The notes under the pieces: model-generated
Told to the model about the DNA's origin: nothing
Databases searched by the model: none
The model's input: the letters and a program-made list of their open reading frames with translations, nothing else
Part shown: positions 8,561 through 16,528 of the stretch, piece by piece
Layout: each line of letters starts with the position of its first letter
Position numbering within the stretch: the stretch's first letter is position 1
DNA from: a virus
Lineage: Duplodnaviria; Caudoviricetes
IMG/VR virus record: IMGVR_UViG_3300049448_000339
Coordinates: 1 to 27,412 of that record
Direction: 5' to 3' (one strand)
Length of the DNA stretch: 27,412 nucleotides
Translations under genes and position numbers: made by a program

Positions 8561-8589
8561 TTCCAATTCGGATTAGAATGGAGTATAAT
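8561..8589 (+). promoter_or_regulatory. Repeat-family promoter
   Basis: TTCCAA-17-TATAAT, AT-rich upstream. Confidence 0.7.
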
Positions 8590-8647
8590 CTTCTTATTGG
8601 TTGACAACGGATCGGCAGGGAAGCCGACCACTGAAAGGACAAAGACA

Positions 8648-9100
8648 ATGTCGAACGAGAACGAGACGAAGACCGAGGGTACCGAGGGCACCGAGGACAT
8701 GGGCCAGAAGCTCAAGAAGGCGGGCAAGAAGGCCGAAGCGCAGAAGGCCGCCCGCCGGGAGCGCACCGTCAAGGGCAGCCACCTCCTCCCCCAGCTCCTC
8801 GCCACCGACCGCATCTCGGGCCTCACCACCGAGGACAAGAGCGGCTTCACGAAGATCGTGGGCAAGCAGAAGGGGCGCGCGATCTACGTCGCCAAGAAGG
8901 GCGGCCGCGTGGACCTCTCGGGCTTCACGGTCGAGTCCCCGGCGGTCGCGCAGATCACCGAGGAAGAGGCTCGCCAGAAGCACCTCGGCAAGGTGCGCGG
9001 CCAGCTGGACTTCAACGCGGCGGACGACGCGGTCCTCGCGGCCTACGACCAGGCCCTCGAGGTACTGGCCGAGGAGCCGGCCGAGCCCGAGGCCAAGTAG
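8648..9100 (+). CDS. Hypothetical protein, paralogue A (Lys-rich N-terminus)
   Basis: Core GRAIYVAK..RVDLSGF...PAV..ITE..A...LGKVRGQ.F shared with 14593..15045; own promoter and RBS. Confidence 0.8.
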   Translation: MSNENETKTEGTEGTEDMGQKLKKAGKKAEAQKAARRERTVKGSHLLPQLLATDRISGLTTEDKSGFTKIVGKQKGRAIYVAKKGGRVDLSGFTVESPAVAQITEEEARQKHLGKVRGQLDFNAADDAVLAAYDQALEVLAEEPAEPEAK

Positions 9101-9118
9101 TTCTGGGGCGGCTTCCCG

Positions 9119-9209
9119 GGGGAGGGGACACGCCAAAGACGGTTGGCGGTCCCCCTGGGGTTCGACAACATCCCGGAAACCTTCGTGAGTGGGCACCTGT
9201 CCCCTCCCC
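9119..9209 (+). ncRNA. Candidate multi-stem structured RNA element
   Basis: 12-bp perfect closing stem GGGGAGGGGACA/TGTCCCCTCCCC enclosing CGCCAA/TTGGCG and further hairpins. Confidence 0.35.
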
Positions 9210-9235
9210 TGCTCCACCGCAGACCTACATATACC

Positions 9236-9502
9236 ATGAACTGGGACAAAGCAAATCTCTACACCAAGGTCGGCGCCCTCTTCCTCCTGCAAGGGCTCCT
9301 GCTCTTCGGGATCGTGGCCTCCGCCCTGACCATGGGTGCCCTCACCCTGGTGCTCCTGAAGATGGGGCAGAACCCGGTGGCCGGAGTGGCCGCCCTCCTC
9401 GCTGGTGTGTCCACCTACCTCGGGCTCCTGCCCGGTCGGACCAACGCCATGGCCCGTGTCACCGTCTGGCTGCTCGCACCGCCTGCCGAACCGCCCAAGT
9501 AA
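9236..9502 (+). CDS. Small membrane protein
   Basis: MNWDKANLY..., 2-3 hydrophobic helices. Confidence 0.65.
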   Translation: MNWDKANLYTKVGALFLLQGLLLFGIVASALTMGALTLVLLKMGQNPVAGVAALLAGVSTYLGLLPGRTNAMARVTVWLLAPPAEPPK

Positions 9503-9517
9503 CAGCGCTCTTTTTCC

Positions 9518-9546
9518 TTTCTTCTTGGAGGTCTCCGTGGTATATT
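9518..9546 (+). promoter_or_regulatory. Repeat-family promoter
   Basis: TTTCTT-17-TATATT with GTGG. Confidence 0.8.
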
Positions 9547-9552
9547 AAGACC

Positions 9553-9804
9553 ATGAGAGATCCCAACAGAATCCCACGTGTCATCGCTCTCCTGACCGAG
9601 TACTGGACCCGCTACCCCGACCTGCGGTTGGGGCAGATCATCATGAACTTCACCCCGTCCAGTGGAGTGTGCGACTGCCCCCTGTTCGCCAAGCGGGGCT
9701 TCCACGACATCGACTGCACCACCTTCGATCGCGATCCCTACAACCTAGAAGAGAGCCACTGGGAGAGAGCACTCCAGGCGGCGCTCGCGGAGGCAGGCCT
9801 ATGA
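9553..9804 (+). CDS. Conserved phage protein (MRDPNRI/PDLRLGQ, DUF1040-like)
   Basis: MRDPNRI..V...L..YW..YPDLRLGQII signature. Confidence 0.75.
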   Translation: MRDPNRIPRVIALLTEYWTRYPDLRLGQIIMNFTPSSGVCDCPLFAKRGFHDIDCTTFDRDPYNLEESHWERALQAALAEAGL

Positions 9805-11012
9805 ACACCAAGCTACTGACCGAGGTGGCCGACACCGGCTCCAAGCTGGAGAAGCAGCGGCTCCTGAAGGGCTGCGACAAGTCCACCAAGCGCTTCCTCG
9901 TCTGGGCCCTGGACCCGGCCATCACCTTCGGGGTGACGGTGGACCAGGACGCCATGGAGAAGGGCTGGAAGAAGTTCACCCACGCCTTCTGGTGGGACGA
10001 GGTGGACACCCTCTGCCGGCAGCTCTCCCGCCGAGACCTCACGGGGAACCATGCAGCAGAGTGCGTGACCAGGCTCCTCACCGCATCCCCCTCAGTGGAA
10101 GACACCGTCTGGGCATGCCGGGTCCTGAACAAGGACCTGAGGGCTGGCTTCTCCGAGTCCACCCTGAACAAGGTCTTCCCGGGGATCATCGAGCCGTTCG
10201 CGGTGGCCTTGGCCAAGCCGTACGAGCCGGACAAGCACGACCTCGAGGGCAGCTGGATCATCGAGCCGAAGCTGGACGGCCTGCGCATGTGCATCGTGGA
10301 CGGGGTGCCGTTCACCCGCAACGGCCGGGTCATCAACACCGTCGGCCACATCCTCGAGCAGCTCGGCCCCAAGCTCCTGAAGGAGTACGTCTTCGACGGG
10401 GAGTGCATGGGCGAGAAGGACTTCGACTCCGCCTCCGGGGACATCCGCCGGAAGAGCACGGGGACCAACGAGACGCTGGTCTACAACGTGTTCGACATGG
10501 TCCGCCGTGAAGAGTGGGAGTCGCGGAAGACCCAACCCTTCAGCCGCCGTCGGAAGGAGCTCGAGGAGTTCGTGGTGCCGACGGCCAACGTCAAGCTGAC
10601 TCCCGTCATCCACCTGACCAACCCGACCTCAGAGTCCCTCTTCAAGACCCGGGACCACTTCATGAAGTTGGGGTTCGAAGGCGCCATGCTGAAGCGTGCA
10701 GACGCGCCGTACTGCTTCAAGCGGTCGGACAACCTCCTGAAGCTCAAGGACTTCACGGACTCGGATGGCACGGTCACGGGCTTCCAGGAAGGGAAGGGGA
10801 AGTACAAGGGCATGCTCGGCGCCTTGGTGGCCGAGTTCGACGGGGTGGAGACCAAGGTCGGATCGGGCTACGATGACGCCACCCGGAAGCGTCTCTGGAA
10901 GATCCGTGAGACCCTCGTGGGCGAGGTCATCGAGACCCAGCACCAGGGCAAGGCGGTCGACGGCGCCCTTCGCTTCCCGGTATTCATCCGCTTCCGCCAG
11001 GACAAGTCGTGA
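9801..11012 (+). CDS. lig: ATP-dependent DNA ligase
   Basis: Motif I EPKLDGLR, III VFDGE, IIIa YNVFD, IV EGAMLK, V LLKLK, VI LRFPVF; ATGA overlap. Confidence 0.95.
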   Translation: MNTKLLTEVADTGSKLEKQRLLKGCDKSTKRFLVWALDPAITFGVTVDQDAMEKGWKKFTHAFWWDEVDTLCRQLSRRDLTGNHAAECVTRLLTASPSVEDTVWACRVLNKDLRAGFSESTLNKVFPGIIEPFAVALAKPYEPDKHDLEGSWIIEPKLDGLRMCIVDGVPFTRNGRVINTVGHILEQLGPKLLKEYVFDGECMGEKDFDSASGDIRRKSTGTNETLVYNVFDMVRREEWESRKTQPFSRRRKELEEFVVPTANVKLTPVIHLTNPTSESLFKTRDHFMKLGFEGAMLKRADAPYCFKRSDNLLKLKDFTDSDGTVTGFQEGKGKYKGMLGALVAEFDGVETKVGSGYDDATRKRLWKIRETLVGEVIETQHQGKAVDGALRFPVFIRFRQDKS

Positions 11013-11239
11013 AGCTGTTGCGGGAACGTCTCCGGGAGGAGATCGACAGGCTGATGATCATCTACGGGATCGGGGAGCACGAGTACATCTCCTTCAGGCA
11101 GGTGAAGCTGGACCTGACCGAGGACATCAAGCGGGTCTTCAGGGAACAGGGAGCGGCTGACAACACCGCGCTGGAGATCTACATGGAAGACACGACGTTC
11201 GTGGTGCGGGTGGGAGAGTTCCTCTATCGTTGGAATTAG
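11009..11239 (+). CDS. Hypothetical protein
   Basis: GTGA overlap with the ligase stop. Confidence 0.65.
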   Translation: MKLLRERLREEIDRLMIIYGIGEHEYISFRQVKLDLTEDIKRVFREQGAADNTALEIYMEDTTFVVRVGEFLYRWN

Positions 11240-11242
11240 TCC

Positions 11243-11271
11243 TTTACATCTGGTAGACTCCGTGGTAATAT
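11243..11271 (+). promoter_or_regulatory. Repeat-family promoter
   Basis: TTTACA-17-TAATAT with GTGG. Confidence 0.8.
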
Positions 11272-11301
11272 GGAATTTCAATTGATGATGGAGAGACCAA
11301 T

Positions 11302-12282
11302 ATGACGCTGTCGCTGGTAAAGGGAGACGAGAAGACAGAACTCCTCTCCGCGGTCACGGTGCCAGAAAAGTTCTACACCCGACTGCGCACGGGGAACGAC
11401 ATCATCGACGCCATGTTCGGTGGTGACGACATGCCGGGCGTGCTGCCTGGTGCCTGTGTCATGGCAACTGGTACTCCGGGTGCTGGCAAGACCACGTTCA
11501 TGCTCCAGCTGGCGGACTCCCTCTCTCTTCACGAGGGCCGGGTGTTGCTCTACAACGCCAACGAAGAGAGCAAGCCCATGGTCAAGCTGGCCGCGGACCG
11601 CATCAAGATCAAGGGCCAGTTCCAGATCAAGCAGCTGCACGACGTAAACCAGCTGGTCCAGTACGTGCTGGACGAGGGCATCGAGGTGCTGGTGCAGGAC
11701 TCGCTGCAGACCCTGTCGGACGGGCAGCTCTCCGGCCAGCGGCTCCTGAAGTCCGTCTGCCGCAAGCTGGTCCGGCTCTCGAAGGACCACGACGTGACGG
11801 TCTTCGTCATCGGCCAGGTCACCAAGTCCGGCCACGCGGCGGGGCCCATGGCGCTGGTCCATGAGGTCGACGTCCACATGCACCTGAGCCGGGACAAGGA
11901 GAGCGGCAACCGCATCCTGACCCTGGAGAAGAACCGCTTCGGTCCGGCCGGCATCCCGTACGAGTTCATGCTGTCGGCGCACGGGCTGGACTTCAAGCCG
12001 TCCGAGACCCTGACTCCGGGGGCAGCGGCCGCAGAGTCCGCCGGCGTCAGCCGGCAGGTCGAGCGGAAGCAGGAGGTACAGAAGCTCATCCGCGAGAAGC
12101 TCGAGCGGGGTGAGATGCTGTCCGGCTACTGCTTCGAGCGACTCGGGGTGGACTGTTCGGGTGGCTACTGGCGGGGCATGCTGCGTCAGGTAGTCGAGCA
12201 GATGAAGCGTGAAGGACGCGCGGTGGGCGAGGCCCGCGTGGACGGGCGGCTGCACAACTTCCTCGAGAAGGCGGTGGCCTGA
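11302..12282 (+). CDS. radA: RadA/Sms-like RecA-family ATPase
   Basis: Walker A GTPGAGKT, EES, DSLQT, GQVTKSG..AGP..L.HEVD and the RadA signature KNRFG. Confidence 0.85.
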   Translation: MTLSLVKGDEKTELLSAVTVPEKFYTRLRTGNDIIDAMFGGDDMPGVLPGACVMATGTPGAGKTTFMLQLADSLSLHEGRVLLYNANEESKPMVKLAADRIKIKGQFQIKQLHDVNQLVQYVLDEGIEVLVQDSLQTLSDGQLSGQRLLKSVCRKLVRLSKDHDVTVFVIGQVTKSGHAAGPMALVHEVDVHMHLSRDKESGNRILTLEKNRFGPAGIPYEFMLSAHGLDFKPSETLTPGAAAAESAGVSRQVERKQEVQKLIREKLERGEMLSGYCFERLGVDCSGGYWRGMLRQVVEQMKREGRAVGEARVDGRLHNFLEKAVA

Positions 12283-12491
12283 TGTTCAACCTCATCTTGC
12301 TCGGAGTATTTATCTGGGGAGTCGTGGAGATCTTCACGGGGATTCGCATCCTGCTCCACATCCCTCTCATCCTGCTGGCCCGGTGCTTCGCGAAGCCCAT
12401 CCAGATCGGGTACCCGCCGGCGGTGCTCAAGCAGATGGACGAACAGGCCAAGCGGCGGAATGTGGACGAGCACGGGATTCCCTGGCTCTAG
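12282..12491 (+). CDS. Small membrane protein
   Basis: TGATG overlap; hydrophobic N-terminal half. Confidence 0.6.
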   Translation: MFNLILLGVFIWGVVEIFTGIRILLHIPLILLARCFAKPIQIGYPPAVLKQMDEQAKRRNVDEHGIPWL

Positions 12492-12856
12492 ATCACCCGC
12501 CGTCCCTTGCCGTCGTACACCAGCACTAGCATGGTGTAGCCACTCATCCGCGCCCAGGACCACTTGGCGGTGTTCTTGCGCTTGTTCTTGGCCATGGTGT
12601 AGGGAGACTTGATCTCCACCATCGTGTTGCTCTTCGGGATGTAGAAGTCCGGGTAGTACGTGTGCCAGCGCTTGCCGATCTTGTACCTGATCGGTGGCGC
12701 GGGGACGATCACGTCCGCCACCGTGAGACCGAAGCTGTCGAGGTCCTTCAGGAAGAACGGCTCGTAGCCCTGCACCTTGAACTTCTTCCCGTCGACCAGT
12801 ACATTCTTGTACCTGAACCTGTTACTCTTTCTCTTCTTCACCTTCCTCCGCTTCAT
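12488..12856 (-). CDS. PD-(D/E)XK (TnsA/restriction-like) endonuclease
   Basis: VQGYEP...YYPDFYIP...VEIKS; basic N-terminus; opposite strand to its neighbours. Confidence 0.75.
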   Translation of the reverse strand: MKRRKVKKRKSNRFRYKNVLVDGKKFKVQGYEPFFLKDLDSFGLTVADVIVPAPPIRYKIGKRWHTYYPDFYIPKSNTMVEIKSPYTMAKNKRKNTAKWSWARMSGYTMLVLVYDGKGRRVI

Positions 12857-12885
12857 GTCTGTAAATAGTGTTTCCTCACCAGACG

Positions 12886-12896
12886 TGTGGTATAGT
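12886..12896 (+). promoter_or_regulatory. Extended -10 promoter
   Basis: TGTGGTATAGT. Confidence 0.7.
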
Positions 12897-12902
12897 CTAC
12901 GC

Positions 12903-13082
12903 ATGCCATCTCCCGCCTACTGGTGCCTGCACTGCAAACGACCCAAAGCGTTCTTCGATAGAGACTGGAGAATACAGGACGAGGGCCTGATGTGTCCGGT
13001 CTGCTACCTGCTCCTGCACTACATCGTCGATGACAAAGATGTTGTCCCGAAGCAAAAAGTCCTTCCCGAAAAGGAAGAATAG
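12903..13082 (+). CDS. Small Zn-finger protein
   Basis: CLHC...CPVC; ATG 6 nt after a -10 box. Confidence 0.6.
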   Translation: MPSPAYWCLHCKRPKAFFDRDWRIQDEGLMCPVCYLLLHYIVDDKDVVPKQKVLPEKEE

Positions 13083-13091
13083 TGGTAGTAT
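13063..13091 (+). promoter_or_regulatory. Repeat-family promoter
   Basis: TTCCCG-17-TAGTAT with GTGG. Confidence 0.75.
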
Positions 13092-13097
13092 GATTCT

Positions 13098-13412
13098 ATG
13101 GAAAAGGAAATTGTGGCACCCGAAGTTGGAATGGGCGCGACCATCTGCTACTGGACCGACCGGCATGCCGGCACCATCATCGCGGTAAGCGCCTCTGGGC
13201 GCGAGGTGAAGGTCCAGGTCGACAAGGCCGTCGCCAAACACAAGAACATCTTCACCGAGACCCAGGACTACGAGTACTCCCCCAACCCGGAGGGCTCGAT
13301 CTACACGTTCACCCTCCGCAAGAACGGGCGGTACGTGGAGAAGGGCAGCTCGATGAAGGGCACCAAGCTCTGGGTCGGTGACCGGAGGGAGTACTATGAC
13401 CCTTCCTTTTAA
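13098..13412 (+). CDS. Conserved phage hypothetical protein
   Basis: PEVGMGAT...TDRHAGTII...YYDPSF pattern. Confidence 0.75.
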   Translation: MEKEIVAPEVGMGATICYWTDRHAGTIIAVSASGREVKVQVDKAVAKHKNIFTETQDYEYSPNPEGSIYTFTLRKNGRYVEKGSSMKGTKLWVGDRREYYDPSF

Positions 13413-13569
13413 GAACCGACGGGACATCTGCGAGTACTTCGTCCTGTGCGACAAGCCCGTGACGACGTACGTGAAGCACCCGACCATCGGTCTGGTCCCA
13501 TGCTGCGAGAAGTGTGCGGACTTCTCGGAGCTTGCCAAGGTTCCGCTCGAGGAGGGTCGAGATGGCTAA
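13396..13569 (+). CDS. Small Cys-rich protein
   Basis: GGAGG RBS; CEYF..C...HP..G.VPCC.KC. Confidence 0.65.
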   Translation: MTLPFKNRRDICEYFVLCDKPVTTYVKHPTIGLVPCCEKCADFSELAKVPLEEGRDG

Positions 13570-13771
13570 GCTCTGGATGGGTACACGCCCGGTCACTTGC
13601 GACATCTGCAGCGGACGTATCACGAAGACCTTCGTGGACGGGAAGACCAAGATGGGACCGTGGGGAATCCTCTGCCTGTCCTGCCACAAGTCCAAGGGCT
13701 GCGGCCTGGGGCTGGGCAAGGGCCAGAGGTACGAGCTCAAGGAAGCCGAGTTCGTCAAGGTCGAGGGCTAA
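13562..13771 (+). CDS. Small Zn-finger phage protein
   Basis: CDIC...DGKT.MGPW...C.SC...G.GLG.GKGQ.Y; GGAGG RBS. Confidence 0.75.
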   Translation: MAKLWMGTRPVTCDICSGRITKTFVDGKTKMGPWGILCLSCHKSKGCGLGLGKGQRYELKEAEFVKVEG

Positions 13772-13776
13772 AATCC

Positions 13777-13805
13777 TTTACTTCTTGGGAGTCTTGTAGT
13801 ATAGT
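13777..13805 (+). promoter_or_regulatory. Repeat-family promoter
   Basis: TTTACT-17-TATAGT. Confidence 0.75.
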
Positions 13806-13814
13806 GGATCTATC

Positions 13815-13991
13815 ATGGCAAAGGGGAAGATCATCGACACGATCCGAGTCCCCAGGGACAAGGCGAAGGAGTGCCGGCAGCGTAGCCGCATGACCTTCGG
13901 CAAGCCCGGGGCCGGACGCAAGACGACCTTCAAGGACCACAAGAAGGACAAGGCCAAGCTGGCCTGTCGGAAACCAACCGAGGAGGAATGA
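13815..13991 (+). CDS. 58-aa basic protein
   Basis: MAKGKIIDTIRVPRDK...; follows a promoter; absent from the ORF track. Confidence 0.6.
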   Translation: MAKGKIIDTIRVPRDKAKECRQRSRMTFGKPGAGRKTTFKDHKKDKAKLACRKPTEEE

Positions 13992-13993
13992 CC

Positions 13994-14203
13994 ATGGCCA
14001 AGAAACTGCTCTTCAGGGAATGGAACGCCCGCCTCGAAGCCATCATGCGGGAGAACGACATGGATGGCAACGACGTGGACAAGGACACGGCCACCAACTA
14101 CTGGCGCGAGGGCTACTCCCCCGCCGAGTTCTACCGCGAAGTCGTCTGCTCGGAGAGCTACTCCGTACCGGGCGACCGCTTCGATCCCCGCTACGAGCTC
14201 TGA
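13994..14203 (+). CDS. Hypothetical protein
   Basis: AGGAGG RBS; start at 13988 or 13994. Confidence 0.7.
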   Translation: MAKKLLFREWNARLEAIMRENDMDGNDVDKDTATNYWREGYSPAEFYREVVCSESYSVPGDRFDPRYEL

Positions 14204-14215
14204 TTCTGATACTCC

Positions 14216-14244
14216 TTCCCCTCGCCCCCTCCTGTGCCTATATT
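14216..14244 (+). promoter_or_regulatory. Repeat-family promoter
   Basis: TTCCCC-17-TATATT. Confidence 0.65.
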
Positions 14245-14272
14245 CCCTCCATAAAAGGAAGGGGGCTTCCCA

Positions 14273-14455
14273 ATGTCCGAGCACGCCGAATGGTGGTCCG
14301 TCCGTTACTACCTCATCGACCGCATGACCGCCGCCCACCTGAGGGTCCAGTGGCTGGAGAAGCACAACGCCACTCCCTCAGATCTCCAGTCTGCCCGCGA
14401 GAACCTGGACCAATGCAACAAGAAACTTGCAGATCACGAGCGAAATTCACCATGA
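14273..14455 (+). CDS. Hypothetical protein
   Basis: Downstream of a promoter and purine-rich RBS. Confidence 0.55.
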   Translation: MSEHAEWWSVRYYLIDRMTAAHLRVQWLEKHNATPSDLQSARENLDQCNKKLADHERNSP

Positions 14456-14495
14456 ATGTCGTAGCACATTTTTATTCTTATGTGTTCTTTTGTCC

Positions 14496-14524
14496 TTTAC
14501 ACTCGGCACATACTGACTTATAAC
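14496..14524 (+). promoter_or_regulatory. Repeat-family promoter
   Basis: TTTACA-17-TATAAC, AT-rich upstream. Confidence 0.7.
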
Positions 14525-14592
14525 CAAATCATAGGTTGAACGGTGGTGGCCCCGAATGACCATCTGATTGGAGAACACCAAGGAGTAGGAAC

Positions 14593-15045
14593 ATGAGCGT
14601 TCAGTCGGAGAAGCTGCTGGGAATCGTCGAGGAGATGGGGTTGCAGGCGGAGCCGATGGCGGCCTTCTACAAGGTGGCCGTGGGCGGGCGGGCGGTGTAC
14701 ATCGCCAAGTCCAAGAAGGTCGCCCGCGTGGACCTGTCGGGCTTCGACATCAAGCATCCCGCGGTGACGCGCATCACCGAGGCGGACGCCAAGGAGCTCA
14801 AGCTCGGCAAGGTGCGCGGGCAGATCAACTTCGAGAAGACCGAAGAGCGCGTGCTCGAGGCCTTCCGGACCAGCCTCGAGATGATGAAGCATCTCGCCGA
14901 GGTGCCGGTCGACGAAGTGGAGACGCCGGTGCTGGCCAAGTCGGCCAACAAGCGCAACCGGAAGAAGGCCATCACGAAGAAGGCCAAGGGGCGTGCCGCC
15001 CGAAAGCCTTCGGACCTGACGACCTCCGCCGGCGCCGAAGCCTAA
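14593..15045 (+). CDS. Hypothetical protein, paralogue B (Lys-rich C-terminus)
   Basis: Core shared with 8648..9100; AGGAG RBS; followed by a terminator. Confidence 0.8.
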   Translation: MSVQSEKLLGIVEEMGLQAEPMAAFYKVAVGGRAVYIAKSKKVARVDLSGFDIKHPAVTRITEADAKELKLGKVRGQINFEKTEERVLEAFRTSLEMMKHLAEVPVDEVETPVLAKSANKRNRKKAITKKAKGRAARKPSDLTTSAGAEA

Positions 15046-15094
15046 ACGGCCGCGCTCTGGAGACAAGTCAGGGGGGCGTAAAAACAGAATACTG

Positions 15095-15143
15095 AGGGTC
15101 ACCACTCCGGATCAAACCGGCTCTGGTGGCCCTTTTTCTTTTT
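15095..15143 (+). terminator. Rho-independent terminator
   Basis: AGGGTCACCA...TGGTGGCCCT stem followed by a T-rich tract. Confidence 0.75.
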
Positions 15144-15196
15144 GTGGTGTACACCTGTCACATGGGAACTACCTTTCCAGATTAGGGGAGGTGACC

Positions 15197-15568
15197 ATGC
15201 ACGACGACAAGCACTACATCCTGATAGCCGAAGACGACATCGAGGTGCGCTCGACGATGGAACTCTACCTCGAGCAGACCGGATTCAACGTGATCGGAGT
15301 CTCAGACGGTGTAGAGGTCATCCGGGTAGTCATCGAGATGTGGCCTGTCCCGCCGATGGTCCTGGTCACCAACATCGAGATGCCGCATATGGACGGCCGG
15401 CTACTGCTCAGCCTGTTCGCAGTGGTCGAGCGGAAAGAATGGCGCAATCTCCCGGTGATCATTACGACCGGAAGCGAGCACTTCTTCTCAGACAAGTACC
15501 CCGTCCTCCGTAAGCCGTACTCCCTCGAACGCCTCCTCGAACTGGTGATGGAACACGCCAAAAGGTAG
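15197..15568 (+). CDS. Single-domain response-regulator receiver with Asp-to-Asn at the phospho-site
   Basis: ILIAEDD...VLVTNIEMPHMDG...VIITTG...LRKPYS. Confidence 0.85.
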   Translation: MHDDKHYILIAEDDIEVRSTMELYLEQTGFNVIGVSDGVEVIRVVIEMWPVPPMVLVTNIEMPHMDGRLLLSLFAVVERKEWRNLPVIITTGSEHFFSDKYPVLRKPYSLERLLELVMEHAKR

Positions 15569-15597
15569 TGTACCTCCGTCAGATTTTGTGGTATAGT
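15569..15597 (+). promoter_or_regulatory. Repeat-family promoter (TGTAC class)
   Basis: TGTACC-17-TATAGT with TGTGG. Confidence 0.8.
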
Positions 15598-15605
15598 TAG
15601 TAGCA

Positions 15606-15929
15606 ATGGCAGCCATCGATTTCATCAAGGGTCGGGAGTTCAAGAAGTACAAGTTTCACGACATCGCATGGGAGCTGGTCCAGCCGAGCGGATCGGCAGA
15701 CTACCAGCTCCACATGAACGGGGAGGTACAGTCCGGCACCCTCGACTGGGGCAAGAGCCGCTACCTGAAGACCGGGAAGAACAACGAGTTCTGGGCGTTC
15801 CTCTCCGGTTCGGGAGTGACTCCCTGCTACAAGGTGTTCCTCGAGGAGAAGCGGGTCGGGTACGTGGCACCCAAGGACTTCAGCTGGAAGATGCCGATCT
15901 CGGTACCGGACGAGGACGACGATGAGTAA
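15606..15929 (+). CDS. Hypothetical protein
   Basis: ATG 8 nt after a -10 box. Confidence 0.7.
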   Translation: MAAIDFIKGREFKKYKFHDIAWELVQPSGSADYQLHMNGEVQSGTLDWGKSRYLKTGKNNEFWAFLSGSGVTPCYKVFLEEKRVGYVAPKDFSWKMPISVPDEDDDE

Positions 15930-16512
15930 GATCTGGTTCACGAGCGACATGCACTACGGGCACACCAACATCATCAAGTACGCCAACCGTCCGTTCAAGC
16001 ACGTGGACGAGATGGACAAGGCGATGGAAGACAACTGGCGTGCCTGCGTCCGCCCAGAAGACACGGTCTACGTGCTGGGAGACTGCGCCTTCTACAAGGA
16101 CCAGTCCAAGACTATCAGGCTGTTCTCTCGGCTGCCCGGCCAGAAGTACCTGGTGTGGGGCAACCACGACAAACACATCCGGAAGAACGCAGACTTCAGG
16201 AAGCTCTTCGTGAAGTGCGAGGACCTGCTCGACATCAAGGTTCCGGACGACAAGGCCGACGGCGGGGAAAGACGGATCGTGCTCTGCCACTACGCCATGC
16301 GGGTCTGGAACAAGTCCCACTTCGGCTCGTACCAGCTGTACGGTCACAGCCACGGGAGCCTGAAGGATGATCCCCACTCCCTCAGCATCGATGTCGGGGT
16401 GGACTGCTGGGACTTCCAGCCGGTCGTCTTCGAGGCCGTGAGGGACCGCATGGACCAGAAGGTCTTCAAGCCGATCGACCACCACGACCGGGACCGCTAC
16501 GGAAAGCAGTAG
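15922..16512 (+). CDS. Calcineurin-like metallophosphoesterase
   Basis: SDMHYGH, LGD, GNHD, HY, GHSH and DVGVD motifs. Confidence 0.92.
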   Translation: MSKIWFTSDMHYGHTNIIKYANRPFKHVDEMDKAMEDNWRACVRPEDTVYVLGDCAFYKDQSKTIRLFSRLPGQKYLVWGNHDKHIRKNADFRKLFVKCEDLLDIKVPDDKADGGERRIVLCHYAMRVWNKSHFGSYQLYGHSHGSLKDDPHSLSIDVGVDCWDFQPVVFEAVRDRMDQKVFKPIDHHDRDRYGKQ

Positions 16513-16528
16513 ACTTCACACTTTTTCC

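Noticed and set aside
9157-9176. tRNA gene suggested by GGTTCGA
   Set aside because: No canonical T-arm, anticodon arm or acceptor/CCA arrangement; kept only as a candidate structured RNA
12860-12867. T4 late-promoter-like TGTAAATA
   Set aside because: Single imperfect occurrence with no supporting pattern
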